From an uncultured Gammaproteobacteria bacterium (lineage in GTDB: Bacteria; Patescibacteriota; Microgenomatia; UBA8517), in contig OZ246419.1 of assembly GCA_965231135.1 (NCBI GenBank), positions 641,488 to 705,487 of the forward strand: a DNA stretch of 64,000 nucleotides, written 5' to 3'. A program made the translations under genes and the position numbers. How positions within the stretch are numbered: position 1 is the first letter of the stretch; each line of letters opens with the position of its first letter. Of the stretch, positions 18,987-28,747 are shown in pieces. Under the pieces are notes generated by a model that did not search any database, was not told the origin of the DNA, and saw nothing but the letters and a program-made list of their open reading frames with translations.

Positions 18987-20339
18987 TTATTCCTTAGAAT
19001 GTTTTGTGTCGCGAGGATAAAATCTTGTTCTGTCCCCATGGAATGATAACTTTATACTTCCTAGTGCACCGTTACGGTGTTTTGCAATATCAAGAGTGAT
19101 ATTTAATGGCTTTCCTGGCTCCTGATCTTCTGCATCATCTTCACGCCATAAAAACATAACAACATCTGCATCCTGCTCAATGCTTCCCGACTCTCTCAGA
19201 TCTGAAAGCTGAGGGCGTTTTACACCGCGCTGCTCAACAGATCTTGATAACTGAGAAAGGGCAAGAACCGGAATTTTTAATTCCCTTGCAATATTTTTAA
19301 ACCCTTGAGAAATTTCTGAAACTTCCTGGACGCGGTTTTCCAAATTACGAGACTTGGCCAACTGAAGATAATCGATAATTAATAAATCGATTCCATATTC
19401 AACTTGAAGCCTTCGCGCTTTTGTTCTCATCTCCAAAATTGATAAGGCTGGCGTATCGTCAATATAAAAAGGCGCCTCTGCTAATTCCCCCATCGCATTA
19501 CTAAGATTTGTAAAATCTTCATCATTTAATTTTCCAGTTTTTAATTTCCATGCATCAATATCTGCTTGGGCAGTTAATAATCTATCAACTAATTCTTCTT
19601 TGCTCATTTCAAGTGAAAACATTCCGACAGATCTTTTTTCATTAACTGCTAGGTTTTGGGCAATATTTAATGCAAAAGAAGTTTTTCCAACTCCAGGGCG
19701 CGCTGCAAGAATAATTAAATTTGATTTTTGTAATCCTGCTGTCAGATCATCTAATTCTTTAAAACTTGTGGGGATTCCGCGAAGCCCGCTATCCATCTTA
19801 TGTAATTCATCGAGGCGATCAAAAGAATCTGCAAGAGCGGCGCGAACCGGAGTGAAACTTCCGCCTAAAGAACTTTGAGTAAGAGAAAAGATTTCGCTTT
19901 CTGCTTTATCAAGAAGATCTTCTGCTTCCAAACTTTCATCAAAACTTAAATCAACCAACTTGGTTGCCTTGGCCATTAATAATCTTTTTGTTGCCAGATT
20001 TTTTACAATCTTTGCATATTGAGCAACATGGGCTGCGGTTGGGACGCTTCCTAAAAGCTCACGAAGATAATTTTGACCGCCAACTTCTTTTAAAGTTTTT
20101 CTTTTTTTTAAATTTTCCCCGACAGTAATAATATCTATAGGAGCGCGCTCTTCATATAAAGCAACTATTGCTTCAAAAATTTCTTTATGGCGATCGTCAT
20201 AAAAATGCTCGCCTCTTATTATTTCGGCGACTTCTATAATTGCATCTTTATCAAGAAGTAATGCGCCTAAAACTGAAATTTCGGCATCGTTACTGTGGGG
20301 CGGGACATGTAAATCACTTTTTTTCGAGGATAACGGCAT
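18987..20339 (-). CDS. dnaB: Replicative DNA helicase
   Basis: PPHSNDAE, AARPGVGKT Walker A, IDYLQL, DLRESGSIEQDAD, KHRNG. Confidence 0.98.
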   Translation of the reverse strand: MPLSSKKSDLHVPPHSNDAEISVLGALLLDKDAIIEVAEIIRGEHFYDDRHKEIFEAIVALYEERAPIDIITVGENLKKRKTLKEVGGQNYLRELLGSVPTAAHVAQYAKIVKNLATKRLLMAKATKLVDLSFDESLEAEDLLDKAESEIFSLTQSSLGGSFTPVRAALADSFDRLDELHKMDSGLRGIPTSFKELDDLTAGLQKSNLIILAARPGVGKTSFALNIAQNLAVNEKRSVGMFSLEMSKEELVDRLLTAQADIDAWKLKTGKLNDEDFTNLSNAMGELAEAPFYIDDTPALSILEMRTKARRLQVEYGIDLLIIDYLQLAKSRNLENRVQEVSEISQGFKNIARELKIPVLALSQLSRSVEQRGVKRPQLSDLRESGSIEQDADVVMFLWREDDAEDQEPGKPLNITLDIAKHRNGALGSIKLSFHGDRTRFYPRDTKHSKE

Positions 20340-20964
20340 ATTCTTCTTCGTTATTTATATCACCAAACTTGACAGAAAGCTTTGGTAGTTTTTCTGTTCT
20401 TAAACTTGATGCAGTTATAAAATCTTCAACCGGAGCAAGCTTTTCTGATAGCTCTGGAGTTAGTCCATCAAGACGATAATGCATCGGGACGACAATTGAT
20501 GCGCCGACTTGCTTTTGCACTTGGGTTGCTTTTTCTGCATCAATTGTAAAGCTTCCGCCAACTGGAATCATCATAATATCAATTGGACCAATTTCTTTTA
20601 CTGTTTCATCAGGTAATGTATGCCCAAGATCTCCAAGATGAAGCAATCTTAAGCCATCGATTTCAATTACATAAATAGTATTTTTGCCGCGCTCTGCTCC
20701 CTTTACCGCATCATGGAAAGTTGGCAAACCAATTATTGAAACGCCGTTTATTTCATATTCGCCCGGGCCATCGACGACGCGTTTCACATTTTCGACGTTT
20801 TCTACTTTGTCGTGATCGCCGTGGTGATGAGAAACTGTAACAATGTCTGCATCTACTTTCGGATATTTAATTCCAAGCATTTTGCCATCAAACGGATCTG
20901 TAACGACTGATGCATTTTTGCCTTTGATTTTAAAAGAAGCCTGGCCAAAAAAAGTAATATCCAT
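20314..20964 (-). CDS. MBL-fold metallo-hydrolase
   Basis: SHHHGDHD, HLGDLGH, PMHY. Confidence 0.9.
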   Translation of the reverse strand: MDITFFGQASFKIKGKNASVVTDPFDGKMLGIKYPKVDADIVTVSHHHGDHDKVENVENVKRVVDGPGEYEINGVSIIGLPTFHDAVKGAERGKNTIYVIEIDGLRLLHLGDLGHTLPDETVKEIGPIDIMMIPVGGSFTIDAEKATQVQKQVGASIVVPMHYRLDGLTPELSEKLAPVEDFITASSLRTEKLPKLSVKFGDINNEEEYAVILEKK

Positions 20965-21030
20965 GTAGGATTAAAATATCATCATCCAGCTTGACTTTCA
21001 AGGCCAACTTTGCAAAAATTCTCATATTCG

Positions 21031-21963
21031 ATGCGCAAAGAAATATTGTTTGCCATTATTGCAGGCGGAGCTTTCGGGCTTTTAATAGCTTTTGGAGCAT
21101 GGAAAGCTAATGCAATTTTAAAATCTAAATCAACTCCTTCATCCTCTTCTACTCCGTTAGCAAGCAATATCCCAACCGCAACAAGCAGTACAAATCAGGA
21201 ATTTAAAATTGTTTTGCAAAATTTGGTTAATAATCAACTTGCAACTGATACACCAATTGCAATTTCTGGAACTACAAATCCAAACACATGGGTTGTTATT
21301 TCCGGAGAAGATGGAGATTCCATTATTGATGCAAGTACTTCAGGAGGCTTTAGTGCAAACACAGATCTTGAAGGCGGAGTTAATCAAATCATCGTTAGCG
21401 GATTTGATGAAAACGGAAATGAAGCTGATGCAAATTTAAACCTTGTTTTTTCAAGCCAATTTCAAAAAGATCCAACACAACAAGGAGAAGCACTTTCATA
21501 TGTTGGGACAATTACAGATATCACAAATTCTGTAATACAAATTAAAAATGATGCTGGAGATATTGAACAAATAAATCCAACCGCAAGCGCTAATTTTATT
21601 GATACCCGTAATAATGATACAAAAATTATTAAGCAAACTGATGTTGCAATTGGAGATTATTTGATCGCGATGGGTTATAAAGATGCAAATAACATTTTGC
21701 AGGCAACAAGAGTCGTTGTATCTGATGCCGTAATTAAAACAGATAGAGTTGCATTTTATGGAATTGTGATCGATACAGAAACTGGAACTGTTACAGTCAA
21801 AAATCCAAATAGTAATACAACAGTTACTGTTACACCAAATACTGATGCAACAATTGCAGGAGATGATACTTTTTCACAAATTAAGACAGGAGACAAAATA
21901 ATTGCTGCTGGAGAATTTAAAGAAGGAAATATTGATGCAAGAAGTATTCAGGTTTTAAAATGA
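21031..21963 (+). CDS. Exported protein with Ig-like and OB-like (DUF5666-type) repeats
   Basis: TM, ISGTTNPN Ig-like segment, two IKxGD...AxxI/V repeats. Confidence 0.65.
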   Translation: MRKEILFAIIAGGAFGLLIAFGAWKANAILKSKSTPSSSSTPLASNIPTATSSTNQEFKIVLQNLVNNQLATDTPIAISGTTNPNTWVVISGEDGDSIIDASTSGGFSANTDLEGGVNQIIVSGFDENGNEADANLNLVFSSQFQKDPTQQGEALSYVGTITDITNSVIQIKNDAGDIEQINPTASANFIDTRNNDTKIIKQTDVAIGDYLIAMGYKDANNILQATRVVVSDAVIKTDRVAFYGIVIDTETGTVTVKNPNSNTTVTVTPNTDATIAGDDTFSQIKTGDKIIAAGEFKEGNIDARSIQVLK

Positions 21964-21975
21964 TACAATAACTAT

Positions 21976-22848
21976 ATGCAAAAAGGGCCAACAACACCAA
22001 AAGGATTTCGCGATATTAACCCAGAGCTTGCAAAGAAACGACGAGCTACGATGAATATGATCGCTGATGTCTTGGAAGGATTTGATTTTGTACCACTTGA
22101 AACTCCAACAGTTGAATTTGCAGAGACTTTAACTGGAAAATATGGAGATGAAGAAAAATTAATTTATAAATTTACAGACCGCGGCGGACGCGAACTAGCT
22201 CTACGCTATGACCTTACTGTTCCCCTTGCAAGATATATTGCCAACAATTTGAATGTAATTGCAAATGGTCCATTTAGGAGATATCAAACTGGGAATGTTT
22301 TTCGGGGAGAAAATACACAAAAAGGGCGTTATAGAGAATTTACACAATTTGACATGGATACTATTGGATCAACTGAGAAACGAGAAGATGCAAAAGTAAT
22401 TGCTGCGGCAATTAAAGCTGCGAGAAAAATTGGACTAACTGATGCAAAGATGGCAGTTAATGACAGGAAAAACTTTAAAGATTTAAAAATTGAAGATATC
22501 AGAGAAATCGATAAGATGTATAAAATCGGCAAAGAAAATATTAGAAAAGATTTATTAGAATTCGTAGAACAAACTACATTAACTGATAATCTTAAGAATA
22601 TTTTTGATATTTTAGAAAAAGAATTTGAATTAAAAGAAGGAAAAGACTTTTTCTTTGACCCGACACTTGCAAGAGGATTAGATTATTACACTTCAACTAT
22701 TTTGGAATTAAAACCAAACGGACGCCCTGAAGAACAATCAATTGGCGGAGGTGGACGATATGATGAACTTATTGGAATGTTTGCAGAGCGAAAAATTCCT
22801 GCTGTTGGCTTCTCCTTTGGAATTGACCGAATAATGGAACTTATTTAA
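21976..22848 (+). CDS. hisS: Histidyl-tRNA synthetase catalytic core only (no anticodon-binding domain)
   Basis: PKGFRD, LRYDLTVPLARY, FRGENTQKGRYREFTQ, RGLDYYT, GGGGRYD, GFSFGIDR then stop. Confidence 0.85.
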   Translation: MQKGPTTPKGFRDINPELAKKRRATMNMIADVLEGFDFVPLETPTVEFAETLTGKYGDEEKLIYKFTDRGGRELALRYDLTVPLARYIANNLNVIANGPFRRYQTGNVFRGENTQKGRYREFTQFDMDTIGSTEKREDAKVIAAAIKAARKIGLTDAKMAVNDRKNFKDLKIEDIREIDKMYKIGKENIRKDLLEFVEQTTLTDNLKNIFDILEKEFELKEGKDFFFDPTLARGLDYYTSTILELKPNGRPEEQSIGGGGRYDELIGMFAERKIPAVGFSFGIDRIMELI

Positions 22849-25186
22849 AAGATTTTTCCTGAATAAATTTTACAATCTCCCCTACTTGCATCCATAAAAG
22901 CGCCCATACCCAGACAAAAAGAATTTGAGTTAGAGAAATTTTCCCTGGCATTAAAAAACCAAAGAATGCGAAAAGAGTTGCAACTAACTGCGTCAGAGAT
23001 GTCGCAATAACAACTTGCTTACTTGGCAAAAAATTCCACCAGTGTTTTTTTGTATGAGCAACGTAAATTAACATATGGCCTGAAACTGTGAGCTTTAGAA
23101 AATACATTGTTTGAATAACAGGCCAGGAGAGATTCCAAACATTTTTCATAATGAAAAATAAAATAAGACTGTTTAATACGCCTACTAAACCGAAGGCTGA
23201 GCTTAATGTAAATCTTTTTTTAACATCAATTTTTGCTGGACTATTAGCAATTTCAACGTTATCAAAGGCGAGAGAAATGATAGGAATATCGTTTAAAAGC
23301 GCGGCCAAAATTAACTGCAAAGCAGTAAGCGGATAAACTCCATATGAAATTCCAAGAACTGCAATTGTTACAATCAAACGAAGGCTTTCTGAAATCCTAT
23401 AAAGAGAATAAGTATAAAGCCTTTCAAAAATTTTGCGGCTTTCTAAAATTGCATCTTTTATGACACTAATCCCAGCTGATAATAAAACAATATCGGCTGT
23501 GGCCTTTAAGACGCTTACTGCATTGGAAACAGCCATGCCAACGCTTGCAGCTTTGACTGCCGGCAAATCATTCACTCCGTCGCCGTTTGCTGCAACTGTA
23601 AAGAATTTTTTGGCTTTTTCAACAAGATCAAGTTTGTCTTCAGGCAAAATTTCTGCAAAAGCTGCTGTATTTTCAAAAAAAGCTGGGCTTATTGCATCAA
23701 AATTGGTTTTATCTAATTTGTCTTTTGTAATTATTTCTCCGTTTAGCTCTAGTTCACGAGAAATGTTTTCGGCAATTGCACGATTATCCCCTGTCACAAT
23801 TGAAGAATTAATTCCGTTTTGTTTTAGAAAATTTAAAACTGATTTTGCATCCGGACGAAGCTCGTCAGATAAAGCTATCAGGCCAACTATTTTCAAGTTA
23901 TTTTCTTTTTTGCCGTCTCCTGATGCAATTGCTAAAGTGCGAAAACCTTTTTGAGCGAGCGTTTCCACTTCTCTATTAAATTTGTCTAGGGTCTTTTTAT
24001 CAATTTTGCAAAGACTAATGATAATTTGGGGAGCACCAATGCTTATAACCTGATCTTTATTTTCTTTTTGAATAAAAACTGTACTTCTTTTTCTTTTTGA
24101 GTCTGCTGGAATAAAATCTTTTTTAATAAATTTGGGAATATTTAAATGAAGTTCTTTTAATTTTTCGTTTATCGCAATATCGATTGGATTATCACTTTCA
24201 AGACCGGAAATAATACTTGAAAGAGACAAGACATCATTGTGAGTAAAGCCGTCGTAGGCGTAAATATCAGAAACAACAATTTTATTTTTTGTTAATGTTC
24301 CTGTTTTATCTGTTAGTAAAAAATTTACATTTGCTAAATCTTCAAGAGCTGAAAGACGGCGAATGATTACGTTTTTTTTGGCGAGATTAATAACTCCAAA
24401 CTCGATAATCAATGTCATAACTGTGGGAAGACTGATGGGAATTCCTGCGATAACGAGGCTTAAATCAAGGGTTAAAAGCTCAAGAATCGGGGCTTTATGA
24501 ATGATAAAATAAACTGACAAAACTACTACTGCAGTAAGACTTAGGAGGGTCAAAAATTTTGAAATGCTTAAAATATCTTTTTCAAGTGAACTTTGCTTTT
24601 TGATATTTTCGACAGAGAAAAGAGTTTTCCCAAAATGAGTATTTGTCCCAACTGCTGTAACTTTTATAGTTGCAATTCCTGATGCGACAAAAGACCCTGA
24701 AAAAACTTCATCGTTTATTTTTTTGTCTTTGGGAAGAGATTCTCCCGTTAGAGCTGATTCGTTAATCGATAGATGTTCTTCTCCCACAATTTTTGCATCA
24801 GCAGGAATTACTTCGCCTGAAGCCAATTTGACAACATCTCCAATTACCAAAAACCTGGAATCAATTTGAACCCAGACATTATCCCGCAAAACTTTTACTT
24901 TTTGATTGAGATGCTCATTTAATTTTTGAATTGCATTGTCAGCCTTATTCTCCTGCCAGAGAGTTATTCCTGTATTTAGAAACAATAACAATAAAATAAA
25001 ATAACCGTCGAAAGTTTTTTGCAGAATAAAAGATAAAAATGACGCCAAAAGAAGCATTACAGCAATCGGAGAAATTAAATTTTTTAAGATTTTTTTAAAG
25101 ATACTTATGTGTTTTTGCGGGATTTCATTAAATCCGTTTTTGGCGAGAAGCTCTTTTGCGGCGATTGAAGATAAACCTTGATCCAT
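22841..25186 (-). CDS. P-type ATPase, plasma-membrane H+-exporting (type IIIA) like
   Basis: TGES, GIPISLP, DKTGTLT, TGD, GDGVND, TM6 LLNDIPIISLAFD. Confidence 0.88.
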   Translation of the reverse strand: MDQGLSSIAAKELLAKNGFNEIPQKHISIFKKILKNLISPIAVMLLLASFLSFILQKTFDGYFILLLLFLNTGITLWQENKADNAIQKLNEHLNQKVKVLRDNVWVQIDSRFLVIGDVVKLASGEVIPADAKIVGEEHLSINESALTGESLPKDKKINDEVFSGSFVASGIATIKVTAVGTNTHFGKTLFSVENIKKQSSLEKDILSISKFLTLLSLTAVVVLSVYFIIHKAPILELLTLDLSLVIAGIPISLPTVMTLIIEFGVINLAKKNVIIRRLSALEDLANVNFLLTDKTGTLTKNKIVVSDIYAYDGFTHNDVLSLSSIISGLESDNPIDIAINEKLKELHLNIPKFIKKDFIPADSKRKRSTVFIQKENKDQVISIGAPQIIISLCKIDKKTLDKFNREVETLAQKGFRTLAIASGDGKKENNLKIVGLIALSDELRPDAKSVLNFLKQNGINSSIVTGDNRAIAENISRELELNGEIITKDKLDKTNFDAISPAFFENTAAFAEILPEDKLDLVEKAKKFFTVAANGDGVNDLPAVKAASVGMAVSNAVSVLKATADIVLLSAGISVIKDAILESRKIFERLYTYSLYRISESLRLIVTIAVLGISYGVYPLTALQLILAALLNDIPIISLAFDNVEIANSPAKIDVKKRFTLSSAFGLVGVLNSLILFFIMKNVWNLSWPVIQTMYFLKLTVSGHMLIYVAHTKKHWWNFLPSKQVVIATSLTQLVATLFAFFGFLMPGKISLTQILFVWVWALLWMQVGEIVKFIQEKSFK

Positions 25187-25233
25187 GATTTACATTTTTG
25201 CTTTTTTTGATAAAAATTGCAAAACTAAAATAT

Positions 25234-26139
25234 ATGAAATACAGATTTCGCGCTTTTGTTTTTTTAATTATTAGCGCTCTTATTAGCGGAATTGCAGGGC
25301 CTGTTATAAAACTTACTTTAAAAAATGTACCTGTTGATACGTTTCTTTTTTACAGATTTTTTATATCAAGCGTAATTGTAATTTTGCTTTTGCCTTTTGC
25401 AAAGTTAAAAATTCCCAAAAAGCCTTCGATATTGTTAAATTTTATTTTGTACGGATTTTTAAACTCGACAGTTGCACTTGGATTTTTATTTCTGGGGGCA
25501 AATAAAACAACACTTCTCAACTGGAGCTTGATTACACTTATTTCTCCAATTCTTACAATCCTTGCAGGATATATTATGCTGCATGACCGCATTTCCAGAA
25601 AGCTTAAAATGGGAATTTTAATTACCTTTTTGGGAGCTTTTATAATTTTAATCGGACCGTTTATAACCACTGGAGACAATGTCGGCGAAGTGTCTGGAAA
25701 TATTTTTGTGGTTATTTCCATGATCGCAGGAGCTGCAAGCACCATAATTGTTAAAAATTTACTGCGCCAAGGAGAAGACCCTCTGAGCTTAAGCAATTTT
25801 TCCTGGGTTATTGGTTTTTTTAGCTTTTTAATTATTATTTTGTTTAACGGGAAGCTCGTGAATACTTTTGAAACAATTCAAAGTCTGCCAATACAATATC
25901 ATCTTGGGGTTTTATACATGGCAATTTTTAGTGGCAGCATTGCTTATTATCTTGGGAATTCAGCTCAAAAAACGCTTAGCGTTAGCGAAGCTGCAGTATT
26001 TGGATATGTCCCGTCTGTAATTTCTGCGATTCTTGCTGTCATTCTTCTGGGCGATGCAATAACGGTTTATGTGATAATTGGAACAATAATTACTTTTGCA
26101 GGAGTATATCTTGCTGAAACTAGGCACAAGGTGGTATAA
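25234..26139 (+). CDS. DMT/EamA family transporter (two repeats)
   Basis: ~10 TM, FLFYRF, YMAIFSG motifs. Confidence 0.85.
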   Translation: MKYRFRAFVFLIISALISGIAGPVIKLTLKNVPVDTFLFYRFFISSVIVILLLPFAKLKIPKKPSILLNFILYGFLNSTVALGFLFLGANKTTLLNWSLITLISPILTILAGYIMLHDRISRKLKMGILITFLGAFIILIGPFITTGDNVGEVSGNIFVVISMIAGAASTIIVKNLLRQGEDPLSLSNFSWVIGFFSFLIIILFNGKLVNTFETIQSLPIQYHLGVLYMAIFSGSIAYYLGNSAQKTLSVSEAAVFGYVPSVISAILAVILLGDAITVYVIIGTIITFAGVYLAETRHKVV

Positions 26140-26140
26140 T
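26135..26140 (+). promoter_or_regulatory. Extended -10 of leaderless rpmE-prfA transcript
   Basis: TGgTATAAT, 6 nt before ATG at 26147. Confidence 0.7.
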
Positions 26141-26146
26141 TTCATT

Positions 26147-26452
26147 ATGAAAGCGAAGATTCACCCAAAATATTTTGATGCGACTGTAATTTGCGCTTGT
26201 GGCAATACATTTACAGTTGGCGCAACTGTGCCTGAAATTCATGTTGAAGTTTGTTCTGTTTGCCATCCTTTTTACACAGGGCAAATGAAATTTGTAGATA
26301 CAGCAGGACGAGTTGATGCGTTTAACGCCCGTATGCAAAAAGTAAATGAAAAGAAAATCAGCAAGACTGAAAAGAGACGCTTGAAGCGCGAAAAGAAATT
26401 GAAAGAAGAATCTGCAAGACCAGAAACTTTGAGCGCACTTCGAAATGGTTGA
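26147..26452 (+). CDS. rpmE: 50S ribosomal protein L31 (Zn-binding type) with basic C-terminal extension
   Basis: [32 protein letters not shown]. Confidence 0.95.
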   Translation: MKAKIHPKYFDATVICACGNTFTVGATVPEIHVEVCSVCHPFYTGQMKFVDTAGRVDAFNARMQKVNEKKISKTEKRRLKREKKLKEESARPETLSALRNG

Positions 26453-27131
26453 AACAATTTATCTTGAAATCCGCGGAGCTACAGGCGGAGACGAAGCCAA
26501 ACTTTGGGGGCAAGATCTCCTTCGTATGTATTCCCGATTTGCCACACGTAAGCTCTGGAAATTTGAACTTATAGATGAGGCAACTTTGAAGATTACTGGC
26601 GAAAATGTTTTTGCATTATTAAAAAATGAAAGCGGAGTTCATAGAGTGCAGCGAGTCCCTTCCACTGAAAAGCGAGGACGCATTCATACGTCAACTGCAA
26701 CTGTTGCTGTTCTTCCTCAATTAACAGAAACAGACATTAAAATAAACCCGCAAGACCTTGATTGGCAATTTATTAGAGCTGGCGGACATGGAGGGCAAAA
26801 TGTTAATAAGGTTTCGACAGCTGTACGACTAACACACAAACCAACTGGAATTATGATTGTTGCAAGAGAAGAGCGATTTCAGCAACAAAATAGAATTATT
26901 GCGATGGATTTGCTTCGCGCTAAGCTTTGGGAAAAAGCAGAACTTGAGAAAGAAAGAACAGTTGCAGGATATCGTAGCGCGATTGGGCGAGGAATGAGAG
27001 CTGAAAAAATCAGAACTTATAATTTTCCACAAGACAGAGTAACAGATCACAGAATTCATAAAAATTGGGGAAATTTAGAGAAAATTATGGATGGAGAATT
27101 AGATAGAGTTGTGGAACTTACTAAGAATTAA
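26445..27131 (+). CDS. prfA: Peptide chain release factor 1 lacking N-terminal domain 1
   Basis: [26 protein letters not shown] (PxT), [20 protein letters not shown]; rpmE-prfA synteny. Confidence 0.88.
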   Translation: MVETIYLEIRGATGGDEAKLWGQDLLRMYSRFATRKLWKFELIDEATLKITGENVFALLKNESGVHRVQRVPSTEKRGRIHTSTATVAVLPQLTETDIKINPQDLDWQFIRAGGHGGQNVNKVSTAVRLTHKPTGIMIVAREERFQQQNRIIAMDLLRAKLWEKAELEKERTVAGYRSAIGRGMRAEKIRTYNFPQDRVTDHRIHKNWGNLEKIMDGELDRVVELTKN

Positions 27132-27951
27132 ATCCTTCTTTAATTAGAATACATTGACCCTTTAGAGATCCAGTGCCGAAAGTAAAATCATTTTGTGAAT
27201 ATAATGAAATTATATTTGGGATAGTTTCTGAAGTTATTGATTGGAAATGCTTAGCTCCACTTATTGAATCGTAATACGTTAAATCTATTTCAAAACGAAC
27301 GTCTGTTTCATTTACCGTAATAATACTAGCGGCAACAGAAGTGTCTTGGGAAAGATCTATTGGTGCCTTGAGTACTTGTCCTTGTTGGGGAATCCACTGT
27401 GGATTCCCATTCGAATCTGTAGATAAATATTCAAATTGAACAAGCTGCTGAGAACGAGCTTTATTTACTGTTGGCATTATAAAATGTATTACTGGATTGT
27501 TGTCTTTTAACAGAAAAATTACAGCATGGGGTGGATTAATTAATTGCGGATCAGTAACTTGTATGATTGTTTGGAATTTTTCAGTTGTAATATTGTATTT
27601 TTTTGTAGAATAAATTGGGAGCCAATAAAAAATAGATGACGTAGGTTTTCTGCAGTACTGATTATTTTCTAAGCTATAGCCTTCATGTAATATTTCATTA
27701 TTTGTTTTATTTGCTATGGTATTTTGAGTTGGTACTGACTCGACTGTTGAAGTTTTTGCAATATCAATTTGAGGATTAAGTGAATGAAAAAATGCAGTAA
27801 ATCCACCATAACTTATTAAAAACGTGCCAAGAAAAGCACCTATTGTCGCTTTGAATATAGTATGCGCAAGATCGTGGATTTCCTCAATCAGAAAGTTGCA
27901 AATTATTTTAATTAGTTTGGAGAACATCGAGGGAGGCTTGAAGTTTTGCAT
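27121..27951 (-). CDS. Membrane-anchored hypothetical protein
   Basis: TM near N-terminus, beta-rich remainder. Confidence 0.6.
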   Translation of the reverse strand: MQNFKPPSMFSKLIKIICNFLIEEIHDLAHTIFKATIGAFLGTFLISYGGFTAFFHSLNPQIDIAKTSTVESVPTQNTIANKTNNEILHEGYSLENNQYCRKPTSSIFYWLPIYSTKKYNITTEKFQTIIQVTDPQLINPPHAVIFLLKDNNPVIHFIMPTVNKARSQQLVQFEYLSTDSNGNPQWIPQQGQVLKAPIDLSQDTSVAASIITVNETDVRFEIDLTYYDSISGAKHFQSITSETIPNIISLYSQNDFTFGTGSLKGQCILIKEGFNS

Positions 27952-27958
27952 GGCATAC

Positions 27959-28330
27959 TTACGGGAGTTTGATTATATAGACTACTCCTATCCCTTCTAG
28001 CTCTCTTTTTTCCCAAGTGTATCTTCCTTTGATAGCCTTTGTATCTATATTGTATGTTTTGAAAAAACTCGTGGCGATAACTGAGGCGCCTTTCCCTTCA
28101 GGATTCTTCATAATCGTAAATTTATTAGGTTCTTCTTCTAAGTTTGTGAAGTGTAGCGCCACGACTTTTTTATTTTCGTCATAATATATTACTAAGTAAT
28201 TATTGTTTCCTACTTGTTCATCAATATAAAACTTGGTAGGAAGTCCGAAAGACTTATTGCTAGTAATAGTTATTCTGTTTTCTAATCTTTGACCTACACC
28301 TTCAAATTTTTTAAAACTGTAATCTTCCAT
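27959..28330 (-). CDS. Small beta-rich hypothetical protein
   Basis: 123 aa ORF, TATAAT 8 nt before ATG. Confidence 0.65.
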   Translation of the reverse strand: MEDYSFKKFEGVGQRLENRITITSNKSFGLPTKFYIDEQVGNNNYLVIYYDENKKVVALHFTNLEEEPNKFTIMKNPEGKGASVIATSFFKTYNIDTKAIKGRYTWEKRELEGIGVVYIIKLP

Positions 28331-28437
28331 ATGTTTTCATTATATATTCTCCTTATCTATTTTACAAGTGAGTCATTACAAAGATTTTTAAATTTTATGT
28401 ATTAATTAACGAGGAATTAAATTTATAAAGTGAATTG

Positions 28438-28659
28438 TCAAGAAGTTTTTGGTTTTATTTTTTCTTCAACTCTAGCAATTTCTCGTTCTGGTATGACACG
28501 ATCTCCACCTGTAAGATTTTCTGTAAAAATAATATTTTTCCCATCTTTGCGTACAATGATTTGAGTAAAATGGCCATTTGGACCACAATCATGATCATCA
28601 CCAATAAATTCATCTGACGGTACACGCTCACCTTTACCTAAAAAATCATATTCACTCAT
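28438..28659 (-). CDS. Hypothetical orphan protein
   Basis: 73 aa ORF starting MSE. Confidence 0.5.
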   Translation of the reverse strand: MSEYDFLGKGERVPSDEFIGDDHDCGPNGHFTQIIVRKDGKNIIFTENLTGGDRVIPEREIARVEEKIKPKTS

Positions 28660-28747
28660 AATTAATCAAATTTTAGAACTGCTGATGAAATTTTCAAGAA
28701 TTTTTTAATATTGACAGGGTGATTATAATTAGGATAGTCGGCTTAAA

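Noticed and set aside
18677-18990. Island integrated at tRNA-Leu
   Set aside because: No duplicated tRNA 3' end or adjacent integrase; dnaB follows within 230 bp
21976-22848. HisZ (ATP-PRT regulatory subunit)
   Set aside because: Aminoacylation and His-binding motifs are intact and no his biosynthesis genes are nearby
26445-27131. PrfH or ArfB rescue factor
   Set aside because: Has RF1 PxT motif, RF1 C-terminal motifs and rpmE-prfA synteny; no rtcB neighbour
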